Below are positions 13,051 to 27,493 of a stretch of DNA of 64,000 nt, piece by piece. Both the position numbers and the translations under genes were made by a program. The stretch is from Narcine bancroftii (taxonomy: Eukaryota): NCBI RefSeq assembly GCF_036971445.1, contig NC_091473.1, positions 130,944,001-131,008,000 of the forward strand, read 5' to 3'. Under the pieces are notes generated by a model. That model had not been told where the DNA came from. It made no database searches and worked only from the letters and a program-made list of their open reading frames with translations. The stretch's first letter is position 1. Each line of letters opens with the position of its first letter.

Positions 13051-13761
13051 AAAAATGGCATTCTGGCTTTAATAAGTACCTATCTTTCTTAGGTAACACT
13101 GTTATGACTGCATTAGAAAAAGATTCAGGTAAAGAACTTGCTAACGTAGCTTGTTTTAATACTTCTATTAGTAAAGGCATTAGCAGGTCTTTAAATTTTT
13201 TATAAAATTCTGAAGTAAATCCATCTTCCTCAGGGTATTTTCCATTCTGCATTGAATTCAATGCATTGATAATTTCTTTCAAAGTAAATGAAGAATCTAA
13301 GTTATTATGGGCTTAGCTTTTCAAAGTGCAACTTAGATAAAGAAATCTTCAGTTTTATCTATGTTATTTATTTTCTCTGACGAATACAGTTTTGTATAAT
13401 GCTCTTTAAAAGAATCATTTATGTCCTTATGATTTAGGACTCATCTTAGAATTCCTTTTAATTGAAATATTTGTCCTCGATGTTTGTTCTGTGTTTAACT
13501 GCCAGGCTAACACTTTATGTGCCCTCTCGCGCAGTTCATAATACTTTTGTTTAGTTCTATCGATCAATCTTTCCAATCTGTAGTCTGAATTGAGTTATAC
13601 TGCATCTTTTTATTTTCCAATTTTATTCTATCTCTCTCTGATGGTTTTTTCTGTGTTTTTTTTTCCATTTGAGCAATTTTCTTCTCTAAATCCTTTACTT
13701 CCAGTAAATGCTTTTTTAAAAAAATGTTAGCTGAAAAATTTATAATTTGTCCTCTTATAAC

Positions 13762-16700
13762 ATAAAACAATTATAGCCAATTTGGCCCTTCTAGTCCGCA
13801 CTGATCCAAGAACCCTCCTCTAATCTCATTTACCAGCACACTGCCCATATCCCTCCATTCCCCTCCCATCTTATCCAACTCTTTCTTGAATGACAAAATT
13901 GACCCTGCCTCCACCCACCTTTCCCGGAAGCCCATTCCACACGGTAACCACTCTCTGAGTAAAGAAGTTCCCCCTCATGTTACTCCTAAACCTTTGCCCG
14001 TCAACTCTCAACCCATGACCTCTTGTATCCATCTCTCCTACTCTCAATGGGAAAAGCCTTTCCACACCAACTCTATCTATCCCTCTCATTATCTTAAACA
14101 CCTCTATCAAATCCCCTCTCAGCCTTCTACATTCCAAGGAATAAATACCTAATTTTGCTCAATCTTTCCTTGTATTCCAGATGGTGAAACCCAGGCAACA
14201 TTTTTGTAAATCTTCTCTGCACTCTCTCTATCTTGTTAATATCCTTCCTATAAATCGGTGACCAGAACTGCACACAATACTCTAAATTTGGCCTCACCAA
14301 TGCCTTGTTCAGCTTCATCATTACTTCCCAACTCCTATATTCTATGCACATATTTATATAGGCAAGCACACTAAAGGCCTTCTTCACCACCCTATCCACA
14401 TGCATTCCTACCTTCAGGGAACAATGTACCGTTATTTCTAGATCTGTCTGCTCCACTGCATTCTTCAATGCCCTCCCATTTACCACATATGACTTGCTTT
14501 GATTATTCTTTCCAAAATGAAGCCCCTCACACTTATCAGCATTAAACTCCATCTGCCATTTTTCTGCTCACTCCTCTCAGCAGTTTAAATCCCTCTGCAA
14601 TCTTTGAAAACCCTCTTCATCATCCACAATTCCCCCTATTTTATTATCATCTGCATATTTATTAATCCAATTTATCACCCCATCCTTCAGATCATATATA
14701 TATATATGACAAACAGCAACAGTCCCAGTACCGAACCCTGAGGTACACCGCTTGTCACCGGCCTCCATCCTAACATAACATAACATAACAATTTACAGCA
14801 CGGAAACAGGCCATTAGGCCCTTCTAGTCCGCACTGAACCAAACACCCCTCTCTAGTCCCACCTCCCTGCACAATGCCCATAACCCTCCATCTTCTTCTC
14901 ATCCATATACCTGTCCAACCTTTTCTTAAATAATACAATTGACTCCGCCACCACTATTTCTCCCGGAAGCTCATTCCACACGTCTACCACTCTCTGAGTA
15001 AAGAAGTTCCCCCTCATGTTACCTCTAAACCTCTGCCCCTTAATTCTTAACTCATGTCCTCTTGTTTTAATCTTTCCTCCTCTTAACGGAAATAGTCTAT
15101 CCACATCCACTCTGTCTATCCCTTTCATAATCTTAAATACTTCTATCAAATCCCCTCTCAACCTTCTACGCTCCAAAGAATAAAGACCTAATCTGTCCAA
15201 TCTCTCCCTATACTCTAGATGCTTAAACCCAGGTAACATTCTGGTAAACCTTCTCTGCACTCTCTCCATCCTTTCTATAATTAGGCGACCAGAACTGCAC
15301 ACAGAACTCCAAATTAGGCCGCACCAACGTCTTATACAGTCTCAACATCACCTTCCAACTCCTATATTCCATGCAATGATTGATAAAGGCCAGCATACTA
15401 AAAGCCTTCTTCACCACCCTATTCACGTGAGTTTCTACCTTCAGGGAACGATGTACCGTTACTCCTAAATCTTTCTGCTCTTCTGTATTCATCAATGCTC
15501 TCCCATTTACCATGTATGTCCTGTTCTGATTCTTCTTACCAAAATGAAGCTCCTCACACTTATCAGCATTAAATTCCATCTGCCATTTTTCAGCCCACTT
15601 TTCTAAGCAGCTCAAATCCCTCTGCAATCCTTGAAAACCTTCTTCATTATCCACTATTCCACCTATCTTAGTATTGTCTGCATATTTACTAATCCAATTT
15701 ACCACCCCATCATCTAGATCATTAATGTATATAACGAACAACAATGGGCCCAATACAGATCCTTGAGGCACACCACTGGTCACCGGCCTCCAACCTGACA
15801 GACAATTATCCACTACCACTCTCTGGCCTCTCCCTTTCAGCCAATGTTCAATCCATTTGACTATCTCAAAATTTATACCTAAAGACTGCACCTTCTTAAC
15901 TAACGTTCCATGTGGTACCTTCCACAAATCCATGTTGAGTGCTCCTGATCAGACCCTGTCTATCCAGATGTTTATAAGTACTATCTCTAAGAATTTTCTC
16001 CATTAAGACGTCAAACTTACAGGCCGATAGTTGCCAGGCTTCCTCCTTGAACCCTTTTTAAATAACGGAACCACATGCGCAATGCGCCAATCCTCCGGCA
16101 CTATCCCCATATCTAATAACAATTATCTACTACTACTCTCTGGCACCTTCCTTCCAGCCACTGTTGAATCCATTTGACTATCTCCAAATTAATACCCAAG
16201 GACTTAGCCTTCCTAACTAACCTCCCATGTGGAACCTTATCGAAGTCCTTACTAAAGTCCATATAGACAACATCCACTGCTCTACCTTCATCAACATTCC
16301 TAGTCACCTCTTCAAAAAATTCAACAAGATTGGTCAAACACGACCTTCCACACACAAATCCATGTTGAGTGTCCCTGATCAGACCCTGTCCCTCTTTATA
16401 CTTATAAATACTGTCTCTAAGAATGCTTTCCATCAATTTACCTACCACAGATGTCAAACTTACAGGCCGATAATTGCTAGGCTTGCTCCTCGAACCCTTT
16501 TTAAACAAAGAAACCACATGTGAAACACGCCAATCCTCCGGCATTATACCCGTCTCTAATGACATTTGAAAAATCACTGCCAGAGCCTCCACTATTTCCT
16601 CACTAACTTCTCTCAAGGTCCTGGGAAAAATCCTGTCAGGACCTGGAGACTTATCCACCTTTATATGTTTCAAAAGCTCCAGAACTACCTCTTTCTTAAT

Positions 16701-17872
16701 CACTATAGTCTCCATATTTACCCCCTTTGCTTCCTTTACCCTGCGCAGTTCAATATCCTTCTCCTCAGTAAATACTGAGGAAAAGAAATTGTTCAAGACC
16801 TCCCCCATCTCTTTTGGCTCCAGACACATTTGTCCTTTCTGATTCTCTATTGGACCAATTTTATCTCTCACTTTCCTTTTGCTATTTACATATTTGTAGA
16901 AACCCTTTGGATTTATTTTCACCCTGCTTGCTATAGCCACCTCATACCTTCTTTTACCTTTTCTAATTTCTTTCTTAAGATTCTTTTTACATTCAATTTA
17001 GGACCCAAACATCTCCTTTTTTCCCTGTTCCTTATATTTATTGTAGTACTCCCTCTTTTTTTGAACCAAGTTTCCAATATCCTTTGAGAACCATGGCTCT
17101 CTCAAACTTTTGACCTGACCTCTCAACCTAACAGTTTTATAAAGATTTTGTACTCTTAAAGCCTTTCCTTTAAAAGACCCTCCATTTCTCTATTACATCC
17201 TTCCCAGAAAACAAATTCTCCCAATCCTTTTGGAGAATCCTTTTGCATCTCTTCAAGCTTAGCTTTTCCCCACTCAAAAACCTCAACTCTGGGCCCAGAC
17301 CTATCCTTTTCCATAATTACCTTGAAGCTAATGGTACTATGATCACTGGACCTGAAGTGCTCCCCCACACATACCTGTCACCTGACCCATCTCATTCCCC
17401 AACAATAAATCCAACACAGCTCCCTTTCTAGTTGGTACCTCCACGTATTGATGTAAAAAGCTATCCTGCACACATCTTACAAACTCCAACTCATCCAGCC
17501 CTTTCACGAAATGGGTTTCCCAATCAATATTCAGAAAATTAAAATCCCCCACAATCACTACCCTGTGCTTATTACAAATATTTGCTCTCTCCCTACTAAT
17601 TTGTTCCTCTAATTTGCATTCCCCATTCAGTGGTCTATAATACCCCCCCCCCCTATAATTGTAACTTCCACTTTCCCATTCCTCAATTCCACCCAAATAG
17701 CCTCCTTGGACTAGCCTTCTATTCTATCGCACCTAAGCACCACTGTAATATTTTCTCTAATAAGTAGTGCAACCCCACCCCTTCTTGTCCCCAGGTTATA
17801 TCACACCTAAAGCAACTAAATCCAGGAATATTTAGCTGCCAGTCACATCCCTCCTGTAACCATGTTCCACTC
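13762..17872 (-). mobile_element. CR1-clade LINE (copy A, endonuclease plus RT), itself interrupted by CR1 copy B
   Basis: ORFs 17343-17696 (VGDFN), 16113-16940 (NYRPVSLTS, YMDFSKDFDKVPH), 14127-14552, 13871-14137 (RRLRGDLIEVFKI). Confidence 0.95.
14771..16113 (-). mobile_element. CR1 copy B nested in copy A, with internal deletions
   Basis: own (TTATG)n tail at 14771-14790; ORFs 15223-15933 (SGVPQGSVLGP, KYADNTK) and 14853-15302; copy A resumes at ~16114. Confidence 0.9.
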
Positions 17873-19659
17873 CATATAACAAACTTATTATCAACTGAAT
17901 TAATATGTCTCCAAATATATCTATACTTTATTTCACATAAAATCACAAAATTCTGCATTCCTTAACAAAGATGAATTAAATCTCCAGTTATATGTAGAAT
18001 CATTTTTTTCCAAATTTGAACATGGCATCAATGAAGGAGAATTATCAGATATAATTCTAGGTTTATATTGTGCATTTTCAATCCTTCCTTGCAAATGGCT
18101 TAAATTAAGAAAAAAATCAATTCTAGAATATGAATCAAATCGATAAGAATAAAATGAATAATCTCTTTAGGATTCATTTGTCTCCAAATATCAACCAAGT
18201 TCAATTCCTGCATCAGTATTAATAATTTTTTTGCCATTTTCATTTTAGTGACAGATTTTGTAGATTTATCTAAAATTGGATCTAAACAGCAATTAAAATC
18301 TCCACCAACTAATACATTCCCATCAATTTGTGCCAAATGAAGAAATACATCAGATATAAATTTATCATCATCAACATTTGGGGTATAAATATTCATAAAA
18401 ATCCAAGATTCTGAATAAATTTGACAGTTTATCATTACAAATCTTCTGAAGGGATCTGTAGTTATCAACTGCAACTTGAATGGTAGGTTTTTACTTCTTA
18501 AAATGGGTACACCCTGGGCTTTAAAATTAAATGATGATGCAAATTCCTGGCCCACCCATTCTCTTTCCAATTTTTTTCATGTTCTTTCTTGCAAAAAGGC
18601 AATGTCCATCTTTAATTTCTTAAGATGAGCCAAAACTCTCTTCCTTTTATTTTGGTTATTGAGCCCATTCACGTTAAAAGTTACATAATTCAAACTTTGT
18701 TTTGACCTAGTAATAGGTCTTTAAAAAAAATATAGAGCTCCCTTCTCCACTCCAAGAGGCATCCACTCCACAAAACTCAACATCTCCCAGAGAAAAAGTA
18801 GGAAACACCAAATAATAATAAAAAAGAGAAAAAAAAATTAAAAAAAAACAAAAGTGCTGATTAGGTCGGCACTAACTCCCTTATTTAATGAGAAGTGGCC
18901 CTTGCCAATAGTGGCACGAAGCCTCAGAATGGAAACAAAAGAGAATCTTCCCCCTTCCAACAGAATATCATGATCAAACATAAGTCTATCAAGTAAGATG
19001 TGCTTCTGCAAGATCCACAAAGTAAGTTTTCCAAAGCACTTCGATGATTCTCATTCAGAATTTGTACAAAAACCAAGGTTTATTGAGCTTAATTGAATTG
19101 TTTGTTGTCACGTACTGAGATTCAGTGAAAAAGTTTGCTTTATGTGCTATCCAGACAACTATAACCATACAGGTTGTGGAATAATAAAGATAAACATGCA
19201 AGGTATAGAGTTAAAGAGAAAGGTAAAGTTGAACAATGTCAATCAGCAACTTTTGCTAATGGAAGGTTTTTCAGGAATCTGTAAACAGTTGGAAAGAAAT
19301 TGATTCTGGGTGTGAGTGTTTTCATACTCAAGTACCCACAGCACAATTCCAGTAAAGACGTCTATAAGTGATCCAATATATTAGTACTTGGATATAAAGT
19401 ATTAAAAACAAAGACAAATGAAAAACAAAGACAAAGGAATTTAAGACAAAAATGCTACATAGACTATTAGTTAACCTTTAAATCAAATTTGATTAACCTT
19501 CTAGCATTTTAACATTAGGGTTAACTATGAAAATATGATCAACTCCACGTCCTTGAGGAACATTGAAATAAAACACTAGTTAAAAAGGTAAAAAATAAAG
19601 TTATTAATTAATTCATAAAATTAAAATGTTTTTTTTTTAAATGAACAATGATTAAGAGA

Positions 19660-19850
19660 ATCAGTTCTGGTCACCTCATTACAGGAAGGATGTGGAAGCT
19701 ATGGAGAGGGTGCAGGATATTGCCTGGATTGGAAAATACATCTTAAAAAGCAAGGTTAGCAGAGCTAGGGCTTTTGTCTTTGGAGTGAAGGACAAGAAGT
19801 GAATTAGGAGATGTCTATAAGATTATGAGAGGCATATATAAGGTAGACAG
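19660..19850 (+). mobile_element. Old CR1 fragment
   Basis: CAGTTCTGGTCACCTCATTACAGGAAGGATGTG (QFWSPHYRKDV). Confidence 0.75.
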
Positions 19851-21084
19851 TTTAGGGGAGTCTTTTTTTTGTTTTACACAACGCAAATATTAAACTATTT
19901 ATCCTTTTATATTTTTTTAGCATGATACATTGTGTCAATCTGATTTATACATAATTTGTTTGTATGTTAAAGTACCTGTGAAGCTGAAGAAAATAGGAAT
20001 TTCATCTATGCATGTGGCCGACAATAAATTCTCATCATCAGTATCATTAACTTCTTTTATTTCTCCCTGGATCTAAGGAGACCAGTCGTGATACCCTTCC
20101 TCCTCCATGAAAGTCCCCTTGTCATTTCTCTCACCATAACCCATTCTTCAGGCAGCAGTGATTGTAATTTTCCTTCTCCATGAAAGTCCAGGCTTGTCCA
20201 TAATCTTGCCATTGCTGTTCACTTCCCTTCCATTCCACAATATACTTAGTGGGTCATATTTCACCCCATGAGTTTTACAATGTGTATTTTCAGCTTGGTG
20301 TGGCAGGGTATTGACACAACTCATTTTGCAGTTATAATATATTTCTTTAGCTAAGTTGACTCATGTATTTCCAAAATGACAAGAAATTGATGATTATTAT
20401 TAAATGATTTCCCAGAAGTTGGTTTTAATAATGTAATCTCAAATGTCTACTGGACTATTTCTGCTTTCTTTCCTATGAAGTAAGTGTAATTGACTCTTTA
20501 GAGATCTAGTAACTATTAAAATTACTGAGTAACTCTAGCCAGAATTGCAGAGTTAATAACACATTAGATGGTAACAGGTGCACACGTGGAGTTCCCTAAT
20601 TTAGCAGCATACCTCTTATGCACCGTGGAAATAATGACCATTAGTGTTAATGAGCACAGTTATATTGAAAGAAATAAAACAAAGCTCAAAACTGCTGGAT
20701 GAATTTACAGGGCTGCACAATATCCAATTATATCAAACAGCTGGCCATTTCCACAAATATTCACTAATGATGTGACAATGTTCAATTCCATTCGCAATTC
20801 TTTAGCAGATAAACCAATCCATGGTTGCGTGCAGCAAGACCTCAACATCTGAGAATGGAAAATATTGCTTGCACCACAAAAATGATAGGCAAATTGCCGT
20901 CTCTGAGAAGAATGCCCAATCATCTCCCATAATTTGTATTTTTTGTTTGGCAGTCCAAAATCCACTCTAAACATTCATCCCTTCCAACATGACAAAATGA
21001 ATTATTGTCACTCCCGTGACCACTCCGAACCTGGATCGCTACCACAGTAATAGTTGTTGCGCTAAACGCAAAGCTAACTATAAC

Positions 21085-21370
21085 ACCCTTTCAAAGTTCA
21101 AAGTTCAGATGTATTGTTTGAGTACATGCATGACATTAGATACAACCCTAAGATTCTTTTTCCTGCATGGCAGGCATATTTCCTGCCTATTAGTGGTGCA
21201 AAAATATGTACTCAACAGAAGATGTGTGTGTGAAAGGGAAATGTAAACAAAGAAATAAATGTAAACAAACTGACTGCAATACAGAAAAAAAAACATTCAG
21301 TAATTAATAATGTGCGAAGTAAGAGTCCCTAAATGAGTCTCGGACTGAGTGTTGTTTAAGAGTCTGGCCT
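21085..21370 (-). mobile_element. Rex1/Babar-like LINE 3' UTR fragment
   Basis: tail-like TCAAAGTTCAAAGTTCAGATGTATTG and similarity to the 30330 and 62455 fragments. Confidence 0.5.
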
Positions 21371-21374
21371 ATGT

Positions 21375-22305
21375 GTGAAAAAAATGTTGCATTATTACAA
21401 TTCTAAATGCCCCTCTCCTTATTCTGAGAGGATGTCTCCTGGTTCTAGGTTCCTCAGCCAGAAAAATTTCCTCCTGATTCCAACCTGTCAAACTCTGTTT
21501 CAATGACATCTCTTCCCATCTCTCTAGAGAATTACAGGCTTAATCCAACCAATCCTTCTTCATGCAGTAAAAATGCTACCCCAGAAAACAGTCAAGTGAA
21601 ATATATTCTCATTTTTAGGCAAGGAGACTATATTCGTACACAGATCTCCCAGTGTGTTCTCACTAATGTTTTATATAATTGCAATGAGTGTTCAAAACCA
21701 TATAACAATTACAGCACAGAAACAGGCCAGTTTAGCCCTTCTAGTCCATGCCGAACATCTTCTCGCACCCCTAATCTCACTGACCTGCACTTAGCCCATA
21801 ACCCTCCACAACTCTTTCATCCATATACCTATCCAATTTTTCCTTAAATATTAAAATCGAACCCACATCTACCACTTTGGCCAGAAGCTCATTCCACACT
21901 CCCACCACCCTCTAAGTGAAGAAATTTCCCCTTTTTTCCCTTCAATCTCAATCCATATCCTCTTGTTTGAATTCCCCCCCCCCATTCTCAATAGAAAAAC
22001 CCTGTCTACATTGATTCTACCTATCCCCTCATAATTTTAAATACCTCTATCAAATCACCCCTCAATCTTCTATGCTCCAGGGAATAAAGCCCCAGCCTGC
22101 TTAACCTTTGCCTGTATCTCAAGCCCTGAAACACAGGCAACATTCTTGTAAATCTCCTCTGCACTCTCTCCATTCTGTTTATATCTTTCCAATAACTCAG
22201 TGAGCAAAACTGCACATAATATTCCAAATTTGGCCTCACCAATGCCTTATACAACTATAACATGACATCCCAATCCTGTATTCAATACTCTGATTCATGA
22301 AGGCC
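21375..22305 (-). mobile_element. CR1 fragments; the copy starting ~21698 is split by the Gypsy and continues at 27494-27905
   Basis: ORF 22021-22254 (VRPNLEY, RRLRGDLIEVFKI) and ORF 27514-27891. Confidence 0.9.
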
Positions 22306-22689
22306 TGTGGTGACCCACTTACCAGCAAGCAAACCAGCTACCAAAATGGCAGATGGAAAACATGGGAAATTGACCTGTATCCAACACAAGTTTGTATCTG
22401 AGCTGATGACATCACTTCCTGTCCATGTGACAGATGTAGTGATGTATATAAGCCCAGCATGTAATCCTGGCGGAGTCAGCATTAACTAGATTTCACAGTG
22501 TCTACATTGTTTCCCTGTGCATGCATCAACTTGACAATGTGTACACCAATATCTATATTAGCTCAGTATAGAATACTTTGCTGAATTGGTGACCCTGATG
22601 GTCCAAATGATATCTGGACCCCACTGTGGAATTTATTTCTTCAATGCATGCTGTGGCTCTGAAACTGCCAATATTTTGAACTTCAAAAC

Positions 22690-23346
22690 TGTTACGAGCC
22701 CAAAGGACCCCAAAACCCAGCAGCAATAGATATTCACCACGACAAATGGTTACTTAAACCAAAGTTGTTTTCAATTATCTTTAAACATCAAAACAGAATC
22801 AACCTTCATCACTATTAACTTAACTAACCTAACTTAACCCCCTTCTAATTCTAAACGCGGGTGCATGTAATGTGTGTGTAAATTTAAGAAAAGTTATTTG
22901 GTTCGCAGTTCAATCTCACTTCTCATTCTTCCAAGTTCACTGGTTGCAGGCAATTCTTATTCTGTGTGCACAGAATTTAACCTGTATAAAGTTCGCCAGG
23001 TAAGAAGTTCACCAGTGCTCGAAAGGTAAATGGTTACCACTCAGGAAGGTTCTTGTGGGTTTGCAGAGAGAGATGTGTATTTCCAGGATTTACACAACTG
23101 AGGTACCTCCATTAGTCACTTCAATGTCTTGCTGATGAAACTTTCCCCATCTGGGTTCTCCAGATGATAATCTCTTTCTTTCAGGCTATCACAGAGTTCC
23201 TATCTGTTCCTCTTATTCCAAGAGAAATATCAGACAGATAGCACTTCCAGCCATCTGTCACTCTGGAGCTTCTGTTTCGGTTCCCACAAGCTTTTCCTGG
23301 CTTGTTACAGCTTTTTGTGTCACACACAGTCCAAGACTCCCTTCTG

Positions 23347-23424
<78 letters not shown>

Positions 23425-23811
23425 TCTCTCTGAGACTCAAACTGCCAGGCAGCATGTCCTTCTCTCTCTTTCTTGCAAAAACCCTGACCTTCTCCAGCAA
23501 ATAATAGGAGTTTGTCTTTTGGTCAATCTGTTGTTATAGGTAAAAAATAACCTCTCAATTACCTTTCTGTGAAGAGGTATTAGGAGATGGACTGTCTCTT
23601 GCTGTGGCTTTTAAAGTCAATAGTCCATTCATTCACTTCAATTAACAGCCACTTGTGAGATCTCCATAACATTCTCCATAACTTCTGTAAAGTCACTGAA
23701 TATGAATTCTTCAGTATTTCAAATAAGATCTGTTTTAAAGTGTGTGTATGTATGTAAACTTCACTACTTTTTTTTTAATCTCCCAAAATCATTCCTAAAT
23801 ATTCCATCACA
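22690..23811 (-). mobile_element. Solo LTR ~1.1 kb (family B) inserted in Gypsy 1 gag
   Basis: TGTTAC...TCACA termini, flanks AAAC/CAAC; reverse complement matches 45800-45978. Confidence 0.8.
23349..23431. repeat. (CT)n microsatellite inside the LTR
   Basis: direct observation. Confidence 0.98.
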
Positions 23812-26800
23812 CAACCATGTGTATAGTTTGCCCATTTCCAGTTGGAGCAGACAACATCGGATTCTATGTGGTGCTACTATGTAGAAAGTGCCCTGAGTCA
23901 AGAGATGCCATGCTGATTTTCTGAATTGTTTTTCTATGTAGCAGCCTCTGGAGGAGGGAAATTATATGGAGCTCAAGATTCTGCTCATCCATACCTTTGG
24001 GCTCTCATGATGTGAGTGAGTGGCCAGTTTACTTCACTTGGATGGCTTGGGAGATAAGACCCCTTCTGTGCTCATGAATGAAATGCTGGCACTAGTGGAA
24101 GGGCATAGCCTGTTTGAACATTGGAGCAGCTGTCCAGAAGATAACTGCATGCTGCTGGTCAATGAGGATTTCAGTGATTCATAGAGAATCACAGCCCATG
24201 CTGATGTTCTATGGTGGGCAAGAAAGCATGATATCTGTAGGACAGGTCATCAGATCCCAATCACTGTGGCAGGACTGTGCAAGTCCAACATTAGACTACC
24301 AGTAGGCTCAATCAAATCCATTGTCAGACTTCCATTTGGCCAGGAGACAATGGGATGAAGATAGCACCTATAGCACATAGCTAATCTCCCCGTGCATTTC
24401 AGCGAAAATGCCGGAGCCAGCTGTCACCTAATTGCTGTAGTGGCTGACCATTGAGACACCTTTTTACAGACATTCCGACCAGTATTTCTTGGTGGATAAA
24501 GGGGCTTTCCCCCTTTGGGGCATGACACAAGTAACAGAAAACAGGGGCCATCATTGAACCAGTATGTGGCCTGCTGGTTGATCTAGAGGGACAAAAGCTT
24601 GTTCATACCAACACTTTCCAGACTTTCACCCTAGGTGAGGCCAAGCTGCCAGCCCCATATTTAGACACCATTACAATTTCAGAGAATGAATTTGCCATGT
24701 TGTTGCGATAATAATTGGGCCTCAATTCACCTCAGAGATGCTGAAACATAGGGTGTAGCACCATATACCAACCAAAAGGTCACCACTGCATGCCCGAGCT
24801 CATAGGCTCCCTCCAGATAAACTTTGACTGGCCAAAGAGGAGTTTGAAAGGATGGAGGACATGGGTATTGTACAATGGTCCAATAATTCCTGGGCCTCGC
24901 CACTCCTCATGGTACCCAATTCCGCAGGTGGATAAAGACCCTGCGGTTGAATGAGGTTACCACACTGGATCACTACCCAGTACCGCATTTACAGGACTTC
25001 GTGTCCAACCGGCAATGAGCCCGCGTTTATTCCAAGGTGGACCTGGTCTGGGGGTATCATCAAATCCTGATCTACCCAGATGGCATTCCAAAAACAGCTA
25101 TTATTGCACCCTTTGGCCTTATTGAATTAAGAAGAATACCTTTTGGGCTCAAAAATGCCGTGCAGATATTCAACATTTAATGGACAGAATGGGACACGAC
25201 TTTATCTTCTCATGCCTAGAAGACATACTTATCGCTAGCCACAGTTGTCAGGAACATCTGTCCCACCTGTGCAGGCTTTTCACTCATTTGCATGTGTTTG
25301 CGATGATGCGTCAATTTGGGTTAATGACCATCGATTTTCTGGGCCATAAAATCGACAAACACAGAGCAAAGCCACTACCGGCAAAGGTCGAGGCGATCTG
25401 GGCATTCACTAAGCCCAGCACAATTTAAGGCCTCCAGGAGTTCATTGGAATGGTGAACTTTTATCGCCTGTTTCTACGATCGGCAGCTCGCATCATGGTC
25501 AGCAGCATTTGAGATGCCAAGGAAACACTGGCTAATGCTGCATTGCTGGCCTGTCCAAGAACAGATGTCCCAACAGCCCTGACAGTGGATGCAGTAGGAG
25601 GGGGTGCTTGAACAATACATCAATGGTCATTGGAAAACATTGGCTTTCTTTAGCAAGCACCTAAGACCACCAGAACTCCAGTTCTGTCCTTTTGATCAAG
25701 AATTGTTGGCACTGTACCTAGCTATCAGACATTTCAGGTACTTACTAGAAAACAGGCATTTCACAGCTCTTAAAGACCACAAGCCACTTACATTTGCCTT
25801 CACTAAGGTATCAGATCTATGGTCGGCTCAGCGACAGAGACTTTTATCATATATTTATGAATTAATGAGAGCCATCAAACACATCTCAGGAAAGACCAGC
25901 GTAGTAGCACATGCATTGTTTTGCCTGGTCATACAATCTGTGCAGACTTTAGTCTAAGGGGTGGACTACGTTGCACTTGTGAAAGCGCAACTGGGAGATA
26001 AAGAAATTCCACGTTACAGAACAGGAGACTCGAACCTGCAGCTGGAAGAAATTACGGTAGGCCTGGGGGAGCTCAACCTCCTGTTTAACGTAACGTCCTT
26101 ACCCAATCGTTCTGGTGACCTGGAGGCGGCAGGTATTTGACATGGTATATGGGTTGGCACATCCATCGATCAGAATGACTGTCCGGATGGTAGCCAACAG
26201 ATTTGTGTGGCATGGCCTTCGAAAATATGTCAGCAATTGGGTGAAGACATGCACTCGTGGCCAGACATCCAAAATCCAGCCACACATGAAAGCCCCCACT
26301 ACAATCTTTTGAGCCGAAGTATCAGAGGTTTGATCACATGTGGACATTGTAGGCCCCCTGCCAACGTCACGTGGTTCCCGTTTTCTTCTCACAATAGTGA
26401 ATAGGGCCACGTGGTGGCCAGCTGCTGTTCTACTGGGCAGACACGACTACCAACACCTGTGTTAGGGCCCACATTTCCGCCTGGCCTGCCATGATTTGGT
26501 TTCCAATTGACATCAAGCCTGTGGGCAGCAATGCCATCCTGCTTTGAACCAAGTTGCACCACACAACTGTGCATCACCCACAACCCAACAGACTAGTAGA
26601 AAGTTTCCGCAGGCATTTGAAATCAGCCCTTATGGTGGATCTGCAGGAACCTAACTGGCTTGATGAATTGCTGTGGGTACACTTGGGCATATGAACAACA
26701 CCTAAGGATGATATAGGTGCCTCATCATTAGAGATGGTCTATGCCACGCCCCTGATGGTTCCAGGAGAACTTGTATCACACTCACGAGGACAGTAAGAGA

Positions 26801-27493
26801 TGCCAGCAGCGGTCTTAACCAAGCACCGTGAGAAGCTCGGTTCTTTAACTTCAGTACCAACATCTCAACACGGTCAGGCCAGGTCCTATATACTCCCTGA
26901 ACTTGCAGGACTGCAAGTACATTTTTGTACAGATAGGGGCAAACCAAGCACCATTCCAGCATCTATTCGTGGGTCCTTTCGAGGTACTAAGATGCAATGG
27001 TTCGATGTACATTTTGAACATCGGAGGTAAAGAGTAAGCTTTTGTATTTGACCGCCTCAAATCTACCCATCTGGATCTGGACAGACCAGTTGTGATTCAG
27101 GTGCCTCGACGGCGAGGAAGGCCACTCAAACAAAAAAATATACAGACTTTGGGGGTCGGCAGCAGGATTGCTGGTCCTGGGAGGTGGGGGGGGAGTCATG
27201 TGGTGACCCACTTACCAACAAGTAAACCGGCTCCTGAAATGCCGGACATTCTGTGGAAAAAGCAGGAAAGTGACCTGCTTCCAGGACGTTTTTAATCTGA
27301 GCTGATGACATCACTGATGTCACTTTCTGTCCATATGACAGAAGCAGTGATGTATATAAGCCCAGCATGCAAGCCTGGTGGTCAATCTTGCACTAGACTC
27401 CACAGTATTTACATCGACTTCCCTGTTTATACATCAACTCGACAACATGTACAACGACATCTATTGTTGTTCCGTATAGAATACTTCACTACA

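Larger units (their letters stand above)
13055..18960 (-). mobile_element. L1-clade LINE (endonuclease to start of RT) split by a CR1 nest at ~13762-17872
   Basis: ORFs 18100-18570 (VGGDFN), 13564-13770 (IRGQII), 12992-13282 (DGFTSEFYKKF); the L1 reading resumes across the CR1 block. Confidence 0.9.
22306..27493 (+). mobile_element. Ty3/Gypsy LTR retrotransposon 1, full length, heavily decayed
   Basis: LTRs 22306-22585 and 27199-27493; PBS TGGTGACCCTGA (tRNA-Trp-like); PPT GGGGGGGAGTCA; gag LKLP remnant, RT SPWASPL/YHQI remnants, RNase H (ELLALYLAIRHFRY, DHKPL), integrase (AHPSIR, HVDIVGPLP). Confidence 0.93.

Noticed and set aside
23181-23539. RE-repeat and LS-repeat ORFs
   Set aside because: Translations of the (CT)n microsatellite.
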